A stretch of DNA of 64,000 nt from Chiloscyllium plagiosum (GCF_004010195.1 NC_057719.1:31166957-31230956), one strand, 5' to 3'. Shown: positions 13,871 through 28,235, counted from the stretch's first letter. The notes: generated from the letters alone by a model not told the origin. A program made the numbers and translations.

Positions 13871-14379
13871 ATGAAATGCAGTTTATTCTTCAGAGTTATC
13901 TTGTTCTCTGATTCACTTTTGTTCTGTCTTTCCTAATTAACTTCTTTTTTTTGGATTCAGAACCATCTTCATCTGCCTTTGTTATGTTATTATCACTATT
14001 TCCTCAGTGTTCACTTACGCTTGCTCCTCATACCTTCTCTGGTTCATTTCCCATTTCTAGATCCAATAGTGATTCCTCTCAGGATTGGCTTCTCAATAAT
14101 AAAAATAAATATTTGCATTGTATGCCAGGAAGATAAGTTGGTGATTTGCAAGCAGCAACAAATGGGAACATATGTAGATTGAAATTGTCATTCAGCAGCC
14201 ACAAGTATAAAGTTCCCCTCAAACCCTTCCAATAGCAGCATGCTCAGACATCCTTCTTTCACGTTTCTCACCTCACAGGTGAAACAATGATCAAACACCA
14301 ACAGTCACAGACATATCACCTGAAAGAAAATGACCTAACGGCATTAAATAATTGCACTTTTTAAAAAATTTGTATTTAG

Positions 14380-14466
14380 ATAATTTACTGCTGCTCCAAC
14401 ATTTCTGCAACAAGGCTCAGTTCTTGAATGGAAAAGCAAAACAAGACATGACTGAGACACTTGCAG
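14380..14466 (+). CDS. TOGARAM1: TOGARAM1 penultimate coding exon (DNLLLLQHFCNKAQFLNGKAKQDMTETLA)
   Basis: tttAG acceptor, CAG|GTAAGG donor, 87 nt, phase 1-1. Confidence 0.9.
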
Positions 14467-15253
14467 GTAAGGCTTTTTTTTTCTTAATAATGATTATTTG
14501 AAAGTGGAACACTACATGGGATGAAATACAGAACTAGTATTGCATGTTGGAAATGTAATTTAGCAATTAGACAAAGAAGATAGATGTTATTTCAGGTCTC
14601 CAAACCAACTGGCTCTGGAGATATCTACCAGATATCTAATGGTAGTATGAACCAATGAGATTTATGAGATATGAAAACATTTCCCACCAGCAGAAGGATG
14701 TTCTTTTATTCTTTGGCAGAAGTTAGTTTATTTGCCCTGGTACTGTCTGGTTGCATATTTGCTTGTACGTATTATGGACAGTGAGAATACTGGAGAAATT
14801 CAATAGGTGTAGCAACATCTGTGGAGAAAGAAACAGAGTTAACATCTTAAGTGCAGTCTGACTCTTCTTCAGAATAGTCTTTCAAGAACTGAGGGTATCC
14901 TTGGAGTATCTGTGGGTAATGTCCAATCTAACCATTTTCATCTACTTCATCAGTGACTTTTTCTCCAATATTATGACAGAGTCAAAATGTTCGCTGAAGA
15001 CAGAGTTGTGTTCAGTACCACTTATAACTTCTTAGTCACTGAAGCAATCTGAGCCTACATACAGCAAGACCTCGGCAACATTCAAAATTATTTTTAATCA
15101 ACCAGTTCAGAGATTTTGTGATTCAAATCTGAGGCAGGCAGGTCTTGAACTTAGATTATCGGGCTCAGATGTAAGGACACTATAACTGCATCACCAGACT
15201 CACCTCTGGATAATAATCAGACTAATTGTGTTAAATCATGTGAAGGCAGAAAG

Positions 15254-15950
15254 GATTCTTGTGGTGCAGAGGTAGTGTCGTTATCCCTGGATCGAGAGAC
15301 CTGGCTTCAGGTCCCATCTCCTGCAGAGGTGTTTAATAAAATCACTGAACAGATTGGTTAAGAAAAATAAGTACTGTCCCTACCCCTGGACCGAGAGACC
15401 GAGGTTCAGGTCCTACCTGCTTCAGAAGTGTTGTTAACATGTTATTAAGAGGTTGATTTAAAAATGTCTCGTGCCACAAGGTTAGCTTAGATAGCTGTAC
15501 AGCCATGAAGTTTCCCCCTTCTCAACCTTGTCCCTTACCTGAGGTATGGTGACTCTTGGGTTATTTTTACCACCATTTGCCTCCAGGAGAGAGCAGCCCT
15601 ATGATCCTCTATGGCAACTTTGGCAATTATAAAAAAGTGACAGCTACAATAGATGTTTAGGGACTCTTGTGGCACAGTAGTAGTGTTGCTACCTCTAGAC
15701 CAGAAAGCATGGTTTGAAGTCCCACTTAGCATCTCTGAACAACTTGATTTAAAACAAAATCTCTATGCAGGTGGAAAGGATTCTTGCGGGAGAGTGGTAG
15801 TGTCCTTATCCCTGAACCGAGAGGCATCTGGACTAATCAGTAGATGTAGTTACATACCTCTGGAGCTGATGCGACTTGAACCCAGGCCTCCTAGCTCAAA
15901 GGAAGCCTCTGGGAGTTCCTTGTTCACAATATCACTGTGCCACAAGAACC
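15254..15950 (+). repeat. Cluster of short tRNA-like SINE units
   Basis: Repeated ~110-nt units ggattcttgtggtgcag..ggtagtgtc..ggttcaggtccc at ~15254, 15373, 15661, 15777, plus an inverted piece ~15855-15950. Confidence 0.6.
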
Positions 15951-16121
15951 ACCTCCCACTGCACTGTATGCTTGTGATTTTACACCTCTTAAACAAATAA
16001 GTAAACATTAGCTTCATAATAATCCTTCACCAACTGGCTTTCCAGGTTTAACACTAAGTGACAATAAATATTTGCAACACACAATTGCCATTTGAGGATC
16101 ATCTCCAACAAGAGAGGCAAT

Positions 16122-16310
16122 AACAAAAATTGCTGGAGAAACTCAACAGGCCTGGCAGCATCTGTGGGAAAAAAGCAGAGTTAACACCTTGAATCCGGTG
16201 ACTCTTCATCAGAAGAATTAACTCTGTTTTCTTCCCACAGCTGCTGTCAGATCTGCTGAGTTTCTCCAGCAATATCTGTTCTTGTTTCTGATCTACCATA
16301 TCTACAGTTT
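16122..16310. mobile_element. Older palindromic PLE-derived element with degenerate hammerhead
   Basis: Inverted arms ttgctggagaaactca.../...tgagtttctccagcaa. Minus strand reads ctgatgaagagtcaccggattc. Confidence 0.65.
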
Positions 16311-17149
16311 TGTTTTATTCCACCAAGAGAGAGTACAGCAATCTCCTCATGACATTCAACAGCATTATCATCACTGATTTCCTCACTGTGAATTTCTGGG
16401 AATTATTATTAACCTGAAACTTAACTGGACTCACCAAAAAAAGCATAGTACAAGAGCAGGTCAAATACTAGAAATTCTATAGCAAATAACTCAGACCCTA
16501 ACTTCCCAAAGCTGCTCACCATCAATGAGAGACAAGTTAGGAGTATGATAGAGTACTCTCCACTTGCTAGGATGTGTGCAGCTCCAACAACAATTGAAGT
16601 TAGACATTATCCAAAACAATGCAGCCTGCCTTTAGCAACCCAAATACCACCTTAAACATTTCTTCTGTCTTCCATTAATGCTCAGTTTCAACATTCCTGG
16701 AGCAACTTACTAAGGGTCCTTCCACAGCAAACCAATCAACCTCTGCCATTTAAAGAAACAAGGGCAATGGATCCATAAGAGCGCCACCACCTGTACATTC
16801 TCCTCTAAGTTGCACACCATCCTTCAGTCTCCTGATTATCAAAGTCCTGACTCCCTCTCTAAAAATTTTGAAAATACCAACACTACATGGACTGAAACAA
16901 TCTAAGGCATTGGCTCACCATTACCATCTCAGGGACATTTAAGGATGGGAAATAAATGCTGACCTTGCCTACTATGTTCATATCCCAAAAGCAAATACAG
17001 TACAATAAGTCTGTGTAGGAAGTTTCTCACAGGACAGAAAACAAAGTAGTTGTTTTCCCAAAATAAAAGTAGGTTAGGTATGGAATTGGTAGTAACTTCA
17101 GAAAAATACAAGTTAATAGTTTCAACAAGTGGATACCAGCTAAAATGTA

Positions 17150-18905
17150 ATGTCGATTAAGAACCTGTAAACTGACAAATTTTCTAGAATTCTTTGAAGA
17201 GGCAAGAAGTGAGTTAGATCAAGAGAAAGCAAGGGATGAATATATTTAGATTTTCAGAAGGCATTTAAATAGGTACCACACATTAAGCTTAATAAACCAA
17301 CAGCCTATAGTAATGCATGTTGTATATTAACATGGGTAGGGGACTGGCTAACAAATAGAAGACAGTTGGGATAAGTGGGCATTTTCAGGGTGGTAACCTG
17401 TAATTGGTAGATTATCACAGGGATCAATACTGGCGTCACAATTATTTTCAAAATATTTTGATGACTTTGGTGAGGAAAGTGAATGTACTATAGCTGAATT
17501 TGCAGATAACACAAAAATTAAGACAAATGATAAGGATGACATAAAGAGTGTGCAGAAAGATGTAAACAGGTTAAGCAAGTGAGCAAAAACTTGTCAGATG
17601 AAATATAATGTGGGAAAATGTGAACTTGTGCAAGAAGAATAGAGGAACTGAATATTATGTAAGTGGAGAAAGATTACAGAAAGCTATGGAACAGAGGGAT
17701 TTGGGAGTCCTTGTCCATCACAGAAAGCTCGCATCGATGGGTAAAAGGAAAGGCATGTAGAATGTTGGTATTTATTTCAACCAGAATGGAATATAAAAGT
17801 AGAGAGGTTTGACCAAAACTAGACAAGGCACTAGTCAGACCACAGCTGGAATACTGTGAACAGCTTTAGGCTCCTTATCTCAGGAAAGGTATATTAACAT
17901 TGGAGACAGTCCAGAGAAGGTTAACCAGGCTGAAAACAGATATGGGAGCATTGTCTCATGGGGACAGGTTACATCAATTGGGCCTGTAATTGCTGGATTT
18001 TAGAATAATGAGAAGCAACATTATTGAACATACAAGCTTCTTAAGGAACTTGACATTGTGGATGCAGAAAGGTTGTTTCCCCTTCTGGAAGGGTTTTTTT
18101 GATTACAGATTACATTACAGTGTGGAAACAGGCCCTTCGGCCCAACAAGTCCCACCGACCCGCCAAAGCGAACCCACCCATACCCCTACATTTACCCCTT
18201 ACCTAACACTACGGGCAATTTAGTATGGCCAATTCACCTGACCCTGCACACCTTTGGACTGTGGGAGGAAACCGGAGCACCCGGAGGAAACCCACGCAGA
18301 CACGGGGAGAACATGCAAACTCCACACAGTCAGTCGCCTGAGGCGGGAATTCAACCCGGGTCTCTGGCGCTGTGAGGCAGCAGTGCTAACCACTGTGCCA
18401 CCATGCCGCCCACAAATTGGGCTATGCCCAATCTCCTGGACTGATGACAATTAATGTTGAGTTATTATGCTGGCACTCCCTGCCTGAAAGGTGTCTCTCT
18501 TGAACTAACTGCAGACTACTTCCTGTCGACCTTGAGACATGGCCATTTGGTTGAATCATATTTGATACGAATGCAGCTGGTACATAGCACAAATGCCTAC
18601 AGCAAAGTATCCACTGTCTCAATTCTAGGGCAACAGGACATAATCTTGGAACAAATGGTCATATAGTTAAGACAGAGATGAGAAGGAATTTATTCTCTCA
18701 AGGAGTTATGAACCTGTGGAATCCTTTATGGAAGAGGGCTGTCAAGACTGGATCGTTAAGTATATTCAAGGTTAAGTAGACAGACTTTAAATCAGTAAGG
18801 GAATAAAGGTTTATGGGAATAAGGCAGGAGAGTGGAGTTGAGGATTATCAGATCAGTTGTGATCTCAATGATTGGTGGGGCAGACTTGTACAAAATGGCC
18901 TACCT
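17150..18905 (+). mobile_element. CR1 LINE fragment interrupted by a SINE
   Basis: Degenerate RT motifs (tttgcagataacacaaaa) and CR1 3' end. Confidence 0.75.
18100..18412 (-). mobile_element. HE1-type V-SINE (young)
   Basis: Near-identical reverse complement of 18911-19210. Confidence 0.9.
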
Positions 18906-18910
18906 CTTTG

Positions 18911-19210
18911 TGGGCGGCACGGTGGCACAGTGGTTAGCACTGCTGCCTTACAGCGCCAGAGACCCGGGTTCAATTCCCGACTCAGGCGACTGACTGTGTG
19001 GAGTTTGCACATTCTCCCCGTGTCTGCGTGGGTTTCCTCCGGGTGCTCCGGTTTCCTCCCACAGTCCAAAGATGTGCAGGTCAGGTGAATTGGCCATACT
19101 ATATTGCCCGTAGTGTTAGGTAAGGGGTAAATGTAGGGGTATCAGTGGGGCGGTGTGGACTTGTTGGGCCGAAGGGCCTGTTTCCACACTGTAAGTAATC
19201 TAATCTAATC
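18911..19210 (+). mobile_element. HE1-type V-SINE (young, full length)
   Basis: gggcggcacggtggcacagtggttagc (box A), gggttcaattccc (box B), V-domain, taatctaatc tail. Confidence 0.9.
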
Positions 19211-22200
19211 TCCTCCTATATTTTAATGTCTCTTGAACTGTAAATCTTTAAAAAGGAGCTATGGACTTATGTGTTTGGGTAAACAGTTCTTAAAAGTGGG
19301 AATGGGAAGTTGTTGAATATTGTAACTTTTTTTTAAAAAAGCATGTGGGATTGCAAGTTTTATAATTGGGTTTATAGAATATACAAACAGGAAATGGTAA
19401 AGCTAAACCAATTATTGGATAGGTTAATTTTGTCATTTGAAGGATGTTGAAGCCATGGGTAAGTGCAAAAGTACTTTACATGTTAAACCAAGAGAAATCC
19501 TCCACTGTAAAGTGGTTAGCAGGAGAAATGGGCAAAAGCCAAAGGTACTTTCTGTTAATAACTATTACAGTTGCAATTTATATAACTGTATATTGTTTTG
19601 GGACTTTTCCTGTGACATGCTCTGAAGTTTGCCTGACAGCAAGACTGTGTGGTTCAATGGTTGGAGATTAATGGGGGCTGAGATTGTTTAAATGGAAAGA
19701 GGTGCATAGACTGAGCCCAAGTCCTAGAAAGTCTTGAAGGATCCGTTTGTAAATGGTTCTACTTTAAACTGACCATTTAATTACAAGATAAAAGAGAGTT
19801 GGGTCTCTAGGATTACCAATCGGCATTTCGACCTGAATAGAAGTATGTGATGTACTTTGTTATGGAGATTAGCTTGGAAAATGAAAGGATCCAACAAATC
19901 CCTGAAAACATACAGAAAAGGTTAGTATCACAGGATTTGAGAGGACAACAGCAACAATTTACAAGATTCTGTAGCTCACCACACAGGATTACAGATGGAA
20001 GCTCATGCATGGAGCAAATTCATAATATGATAAAAATGAGGTTGAAAGATTCAACTAGCTTACTTTGGAGGAGGATTCTCCCAGGAAAAACCTCATTCTG
20101 AGATTAGAAGATCCCATGCTAAGGAGGGCAAAGAATATAAATAAATCTAAGGGAATTCAGAATAACCTCAAATTGGTTCTGGGAGAATTGAGTGTCTACT
20201 TATGGACAGTGTAAAACATGTGTGAGATGTTTGTCAGCTGTCCTAAAACAAAAAAGGAGAATATTCTATTTTGTGGTCTAAAGAATAAGTTGCCAACTGA
20301 GATGGTGTTTAATAAATAGTACTTCAGTCTTTTTGGTACAGTAAAACCTTAAATTGTGAAATTTTGTCATTTTTTCAGCTTTTAAATTTTAAAAAGATTG
20401 AACATCCAGTGTCAATCTCTATGGAGATCATAACAAGTGGGCAATATTGATTTAAAACCATTTTCAAAGAAGAAGTTAGTAATTATTTTTGCATGTCATC
20501 TTAGTAGGATGTGGAAATTTGAAATAGGTGTGGAAAAACTATCTAATTAATGAGTTCAAAACATCAATTTGTATTTATTTGGCACAATTAAAGTAACAGA
20601 AGTCCTGAGGCATTTCAGAGGCATTATAAATCAAATGGGACACCAAGTCACATAAATAGAGTGCAGATGGCTAAAAACAAGAGGTAAGTTTTAAGCAATG
20701 CATTAAACGAAAGGGCGACATATAAAGTTTTAGAAATTTATGGAGGGAATTCCAGAGCTTACTGCCAAGAAGGTTGAATGTTCCCCCACCACTGATGACC
20801 ATGATGTGGAGATGCTAGTGTTGGGCTGGGGTGGACAAAGTTAAAAATCACACAACACCAGGTTATAGTCCAACAGGTTTATTTAGAAGTACAAGCTTTC
20901 AGTGCACTGCTCCTTCACCTGGTGAAGCACTTTGAAATAAGAGATTCTCAAGACGCCAAACTAGAACAGCACAGATTCCTGTGTTTGTGGATTTCTGGAG
21001 ATTACAGAGATGGGAGGGTCCAACTCATGGTAGGATTTGAAATCAAGAATGAGAATTTTCAGACTGAATCACTGCTTAACCAGGAGCCAGTATAAGCCAG
21101 TTGAGGGGTGGTGTGTGTCAACAGAATTTGGTTTGAGTTAGGATAATGGCAGCATAGTTTTGGCTGACCCATGGTCTAATGTGAGAGGCCAGCCAAGAAT
21201 GATTTAGGAAGGTAAAGACTAAAGGTTTCAGCATCAGAACAGCTGAGGTTGTCATAGAATTGGGTAATTCAACACAGATAAGTGATTGAAAGTGAAGCAA
21301 AATGACAATTATGGCTACCAACAGATCAATCAAATAATTTAGGAGGCGTTTGTACACAGAGAATGTGGAACTTACTGCTAGATGCTGTGAAAGGAGGAGA
21401 TAGCTTTAACAAGTTTAAATGATAGTTTGAAGTATACAATAGGGAGAGAGAATAGGAAAACATGGGGTAGTGTAAATAGGGTAATCAGAGTTAAGTGTAA
21501 AATATAAACACTGGGTAGTTCTAATACAGTTGTGATTGCTTAGCCAACTCACTATTTGCTCCAAGTGTTATGCTCCAGGATTTTGCCTGGGTTGGCAAGG
21601 AGAATTGTCAAACTCATCATGAATTCTAGACCTATCATAGCATGTGAATTGTGGAGACTGAGAAAGAGAATTTGGGTAGATCAATTGTTGCTACATTCAG
21701 CTGTGAGGTATACTGGGAGTGTCAAACATACATGTAATCACATGAGAAGAACATGGTATAAACAAATGCTTAGACAGAAGATAAAGCAAAACATGGCTTG
21801 AGCTTAATTAATGAATGGAAGAAACTACGATGTACTTTTGATGGTCCAGCAAACAGAAGGAACAAGAACTAATGAAAGTGTTGGATATATTGTCAAAAAT
21901 GACTTATTCTCATAAAGGATTACAGATCACTTAAGTGATCAATCTAATTTAAACCCAAAGTGAAGTGAATTAATTCAGCCCATGCTTGCTGCTGAGCTGA
22001 GAAACAGAAACTTAGTAATGGCAATCAAATATTTAAAAGTTATAGCATGGAAGTTGGCCTATTTGAAGACAATGGCATTAAAGGGATCATATGGACAGGA
22101 AAATGGTTGAGATAGAAAAGTCATTTTGCTACCCTACATTCTTTCTCCTCTACCCTGTTTTTCTTTTCTTATTTGTCCTTGTCTATTGACTGAACCGGCA

Positions 22201-22452
22201 AACTAGTATTAATTACCAGAGGAGCAATAGTAGTTCAGCAGATCATGTAGGACTGAAGATACGCATAGGCCAAACTAGGGAGAGGTGCTACATTCTTTTT
22301 CACTGAACACCCTTAGTGTATCAGTTAGATTTTTACAACATACAGCTTTCATATTACTTTCTGGTGCTACCCTGCAAATCTCCAGATTTCTAAAATTTAA
22401 TTTTATAAAGTTTGCTACAATGAAATTTAACCTCACAATCTCTATCTAGATT

Positions 22453-22573
22453 TCACACAACACCAGGTTATAGTCCAACAGGTTTAATTGGAAGTGCTGT
22501 TGGACTATAACCTGGTGTTGTGTGATTTTTAACTTTGTACACCCCAGTCCAACACCAGCATCTCTAAATCCTG
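22453..22573 (+). mobile_element. Short palindromic element (tcacacaacaccagg family)
   Basis: Perfect 29-bp inverted arms. TSD tctatctagatt at 22441-52 and 22574-85. Family members at ~11340, ~20810 and ~58700. Confidence 0.85.
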
Positions 22574-22712
22574 TCTATCTAGATTGCTAGTCAAAACCGC
22601 TAGCCATTAAACGTCTTACAGGAGGCAACAGCACATAATTACATTAATCTTTCTTGTTCTGTATGACAAAAAAAAGGAAGTAATCAGATTTACCACTTTC
22701 TTTTTATTTCAG

Positions 22713-22966
22713 ATCTGGTACCAGACCTGTACACACGGAAGCCTCAGATTGTTGAACAAAAGGTTTTGCCAGTTTTGTGGCATCTCCTGGGAAATATGAC
22801 AAACAGTGGATCACTTCCTGGTAGTGGAGGAAACATTCGTGTAGCTACAACTAAACTGGCAAAGGCGTTGTTTAAACCAATGGGTCAAAGTTTAATTGAT
22901 CAAGCCCCAACCCGACCACCCCATATTGCAAAGACTTTACAGGATCTGCTAGACTCAGCTCCCTAA
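22713..22966 (+). CDS. TOGARAM1: TOGARAM1 terminal coding exon (DLVPDLYTRKPQIVEQKVLPVLWHLLGNMTNSGSLPG...LLDSAP*)
   Basis: Strong pyrimidine tract + AG at 22711-12, phase 1, TAA stop at 22964-66. Confidence 0.92.
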
Positions 22967-24380
22967 AACTGCAAAGAACAAATTCAGTAATGTTACTCAG
23001 TGGTAATAAGAGGGATAGAGGCACAGATGTGTTCCTCATTGTTGCCTGCACTTTTCTCACGTCAGAATTAATTCATTTTTGAGGACTAGAACAAATTTTT
23101 AGTGCTTGCATACTATATATGCTCCAAATTGACACTGGACTCCAAATTCTGTAATTGTTACAATATACATTCTGGTTTCTCAAGTAACCTTAAACAGCCT
23201 TTACACTAAAATCACTGCAGCTAATTTTGCACTTCTGTACAGTAGAATCTAATAGACATGTAACACTATATCACTGTATGGAAATTGATGTAATTTATTG
23301 TAAAGGTGTAGTGCACATCAAATTATATGTGTTTCTATATTTGTAATCAGGTGTATTGTATTACTTAAAATACCCCAATCTCTCTTTAATGCTACATTTC
23401 CATATTTTTGGAGTGCAGAAAAGGTAAGGATCTGATGGAGTGACTTGGTAGTCAGCATTGAATAAATGATTGTTTTATAGTAGTCCTCTGGTGAAAATTG
23501 AAAAGCATTTATCACTCCAATTGTGTATTGTACAGTATACTTTGCTTCTGCTGGGTTGTAATTTATTATTTTATTGGCTTGAAAGCTGAATATAAATCCT
23601 ACTCCTTATATTGTGTTTAAACTAGTTATCATTAAGTGGTATGACCAAGATGACTACAAGAAAAAATATTTTTGTTACAGATTCTAATGTATATGCAGTT
23701 GTCTTTAAAAAACATTCTTGATAAATGTATATTTCCATATTTTTATGTGAGCATACTTAAAAATAATCTTGCTTTTAACTACAAATTTGTGAAACGGATT
23801 ACACTAAAGTCCATTTGTGTAATTGTGTAAATTGTTGGCAATAGCACAAGCTGCTCATCACAGGCAAAGAAATATGATTTTAGTCAAAATGTTTAAAGGA
23901 AGTAAATGATTTTATTTCTTTAAAAACAGTGTCTTCTTTTTTTGAGAACGTTATATATATATTTGGTTATTTTTAGTTGATTGATCAAGATCTGTTAAAA
24001 TAAGATAAATATGCCTCAGTATAACTCAAGATTCTCTTAACTGATTCCTGTCTACGGTGGCTCTGAGTGATAAAGCTGTCCAACAAATGTTATTTTTTTT
24101 CCTTGGTAAAGCAAAGTACAGTCAGTTCCACATTTCTTCTTGAGGACAGTCAGATGATGTCCACTGATGATGTGTTGTTAAAGTTGTTGAGCTTCCAAAG
24201 GATTCCTCTACAATTCATAAATGCCAGCCACATATATATTGCGTCAGATTAAAACACTGCCATTTTCATTAAAACTAATAATGATACATCTAGGAACAAT
24301 GATGATGTAACTCCTGTAGCACTAAATTTAAGTTCCATAAAAAGGAATCAAAATAAAACAAACGTCACAAGAATAAAGCC
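22967..24380 (+). other. TOGARAM1: TOGARAM1 3'UTR (end uncertain)
   Basis: AT-rich, repeat-poor sequence after the stop. AATAAA at 23461, 24352 and 24372. Confidence 0.5.
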
Positions 24381-26409
24381 TGATTGCACTCAGCATGCAG
24401 CAACATAGGAATCACTGGGACAGTGTCAAAGGTGTTTCATTTCTAGTCTGTAAAGTTGGAGAAATATACTAACTGACTGTTAGAATCAAACAACTTGCTA
24501 ATAAATCTGAGTTTTGTTACTGATGGTACTCAAATCATTCATTGTCACAATTTTAAATTCATAGTGTCATATAACAGAGACTATTTGGCTTACTGCATTT
24601 GTGCCAGCTTTTTGAAATAAAGACCCAATACACTCAGATTATTTGGCCTTAAATATGGAAATCTTTGTTTTCTCTTATTGTTGATTTTGTTTGTAAAATG
24701 CTATCAGTATCCCTCTACTATCTGATTCTCATGCTTTTTATTTCTCTTAGCCCTGAAAATGTTCCCTTTTCAGTGTCAACTGTCCACCAATCTAACCAAA
24801 TTTAAATTTAAAAGATTGGTAATTGTCATAAAACCATGCTCCCTTTAGAATAGTATCACAGTCACTCTCACTTTGCCTCTGCAAGTCAACTCTTTTGTCT
24901 GGACCAAGACTGTAATGATGTCTGGAGCTGAGTGGCCAGATTACAGCTAAGTAATACCACTCAATGTCAGTATGTTTCCATAACTTTGCTGATGATTGAG
25001 AGTAGGTTGGTGGGATGATAATTGACCTGGTTGGATTTGTCCTGTTTTGTAGTCAGAACATAACCAGGCAATTTTCCACATTATCAGCTATATTCCAGAA
25101 TTGCAGCTGTATTGAACAAGCATGGCCGAAGGTGCAGTTATTTCTGGAGCACAAGGCTTCAGTACCACAACTGGGATTTTTATAAAGCCCAAATTTTTTA
25201 TATGGATTGAACGTATCTGTCTGGCATTTCTGGAAGATGGGGAGGACTAAAGGGCTCAGATGGATCATCCACTTGGCATTTCTGACTGAGAATTGTGGGG
25301 GAAAAACTTTGTTTGCACAGCTGTGCTTCACTTCCTTGTCACTGAGGGTGGAGTTGATTTGGACACTGCTTAATTTACCAGATTCACTTTGACTCACTGA
25401 TAAGAATATGGCCCCATGGGGTCCAAGGAGAAATGACAAGTTAGATTCAGATTTGGCTCACTGTGACAGCAAGCTGCTGTTTCTGGGACTGGATGACTAG
25501 TTCCAATGGGGTTCTGCAAGCTCAGTATAGAATTCTTGCTTTCACAGCTAAATAGTAATCAGGGGTAAGTCATTCTGTCTAATAAGCCTACATCACCATT
25601 CAGTACACTCATGCATCATTATGTCATTGACAGATTTCTGAATCAATTTCTACATTAACTATATTCAAAAAAATTTGTGAGTTTCTACAGCTCACTGGAG
25701 TACAGAATTCCAAAGATTCACTGCCCTCAATGAAAAAAATTCTGCATCTCAGTCTTCAGTGGTTCCCCCCTTATTTCTTTTTGAAATTGTATCCACTGAA
25801 CTATATTTGTGGTAATTTAGACTTAAATGTAGAGTTTATGGCAAATGAGTTTTCAGGTGGTACAAAAATTGATTAATTGGTTAATAGTGAGGAATAAGCT
25901 ATAGATTGAATGAAAATATTAATGAATTGTTCAGAAAAGTGACAAGTGGATTTAAATTCTGAGAAGTGAGAAATAATCCATTTTGGAAGGGCAAATGAAT
26001 AAACAGGAGCAAAGGGAACTTGAAGAGCATGTCCATAGATTTTTGAGGGTCACATGATAGGACAGTTTAATGATTAAGAAAGTATATAAGATGCTTTGTG
26101 AGGAATATAGCAGCAGGAAGGTTATATTAGCACTGTATGAAACACTAGGCCACAGCCTAAAGGACATCAAAAAGATATGATTATGAGAGAAAGAGTGTAC
26201 AGACATTTAAAAGGATGTTGAAATTTTAGTTGAGAGGAAAGATAAGGTAGGTTGTTATTTCTCTTCAAAAAATGATGCTGGGGGCTAACAATTTAATTGA
26301 GTTGTTAAAAAACCTGAGGTACCTAGTTAAAGGGAGTAAGAAAGACCTATTTCTCTTCACAGATAATCAAGGGCCATAAAGTAGTCTGCAGAAGAAGCAG
26401 AAGGATAAT

Positions 26410-28235
26410 TAGAGACAGAGGTTTACAGCACAGAAAAAGGATCTTCAGCCAATTGCGTCTGCACAAATTAAAAACCTGCAAATACTATTCTAGTCCCATT
26501 TACCAGAATGGTCCATAACCTTGAATGCCCTGGCACAGAAGTATACTTCTAAATATTTCTTAAATGGTATGAGGATTTCTGTTCCTACTGCCCTTATTGG
26601 AAGTATAAGAAACCTTTTCCTCAAATCCCCTCTAAACATCCTGCCTTTCATTTTAAAAGTAAGCCTCCTTGTTCTTGACCCTTCGACTAAGATGAACAGC
26701 TGCTTTCTATCCACCTGTCCATGTTCCCCATAATCTTATACACCATTATCAGGTTCACCCTTCAAACTTCTCTGCTCCAAAGAAAACAACCCAAGCTTAT
26801 CCAGCCTCTCTGAAATGTTCCATCACAGGCAACATCCTGGTGAATCTCCTCTGCTTTACAATCACATTCTTCCTATAATGTGGTAATCAGAACTGCTCTC
26901 AGTACTTCAGCTGTGGCCTAAACAAACTTCTGTACAGCTCCAAAGTAACATGGAAAAGCATAGCCTAATTAGGAACAATCAGCATGGCATTGTGCGGGGC
27001 AGATCATGTCTTACTAACTTGATTGAATTTTTTGAAGAGTTGACAAAGGTGATCAATGAGAGTAGAGCAGTTGTTGTCGTCGGCATGGATTTTAATAAGG
27101 CTTTTGACAAGGTCCTTCATATTCGGCTCATTCAGAAGAGTATGATGCATGGGATCCATGGTAACGGTCGCTTGGATTCAGAATTTACTTGCCCAAAGAA
27201 GACAGAGGGTAGTGGCGGAAGTGACTTTTTCTGGCTAGATGTCTGTGACTAGTGGGTTCCGCAGGGATCCATACTGGGACCTCTGCTATTTGCGATGTAC
27301 ATAAATGATTTGGATGAAAATGTAGATGGGTGGGTCAGTAAGTTTGCAGATGATACAAAGATCACTAGAATTGTGGATAGTGTAGAATGTTGTCAAAGGA
27401 TACAGCGGGATATAGATCGGTTGCAGATAGGGGTGGCAGATGGGAGTTTAATCCAGGTAAGTGTGAGATGCTGCATTTTCAGAAATTAAATGTTAAGGAA
27501 AGGTATACAGTTACAAGCAAGATTCTGAACAGTATTGACGTACAGAGAGATCTTGGGGTTCAAATCCATAGCTCCCTAAAAGTGGCAACTCAAGTAGATA
27601 GAGTGATAGAGAAGGTGCATGGCATGCTTGCCTTATTGGTTGGGGAATTCAGTGCAAGAGTCAGGATGTCATGTTGCAGCTTTATAAGACTTTGCTTAGG
27701 CCACACTTAAGAGTATTGCATTCAATTTTGGTGACCACATTACGGGCACAATGTGGAGGCTTTGGAGAGGGCACAGAAGAGGTTTACCAGAATGCTGCTT
27801 GGATTAGAGGATATGATCTAGAAGAAGGGGCTTTAAAAACTAGGGCTATTTTCTCTTGAGCAGTGAATGCTGAGGGGAGACTTAATAGATAAAATTGAGA
27901 TGTATAGATAGGGCTGACGGTCAGAATCTTTCTCCCAGAGTTGAAATGTCTAATACTAATGCATTTAACTTGAGAGGGGAAAGTTCAAAGGAGATGTGAA
28001 GAACAAATTTTTTTGCACAGAGTAGGAGGAGGCTGGAAAATGCTGCTAGGGATGGTGGTGGAGGCAGATATGATAGGGGCATTTAAGGGACTTTTAGATA
28101 AGCACATGAATGTACAAGGATTGGAGGGATATGGACCAAGGGCAGGCAGAAGGGATTTGTTTAATTTAGCCTCATATTCGACATAACATTGTGGGCTGAA
28201 GGGCCTGTTCCTGTGCTGTACAGTTCTATGTTCTG
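26410..28235. mobile_element. CR1 LINE fragments (minus 26410-26945, plus 26950-28235)
   Basis: ORFs with [43 protein letters not shown]. Confidence 0.85.

Noticed and set aside
18911..18985. tRNA gene
   Set aside because: It is the tRNA-derived head of a V-SINE and continues into the V-domain and tail.
19611..20435. Solo LTR (TGTGAC...ATAACA)
   Set aside because: No TSD and no second copy to confirm the boundaries.
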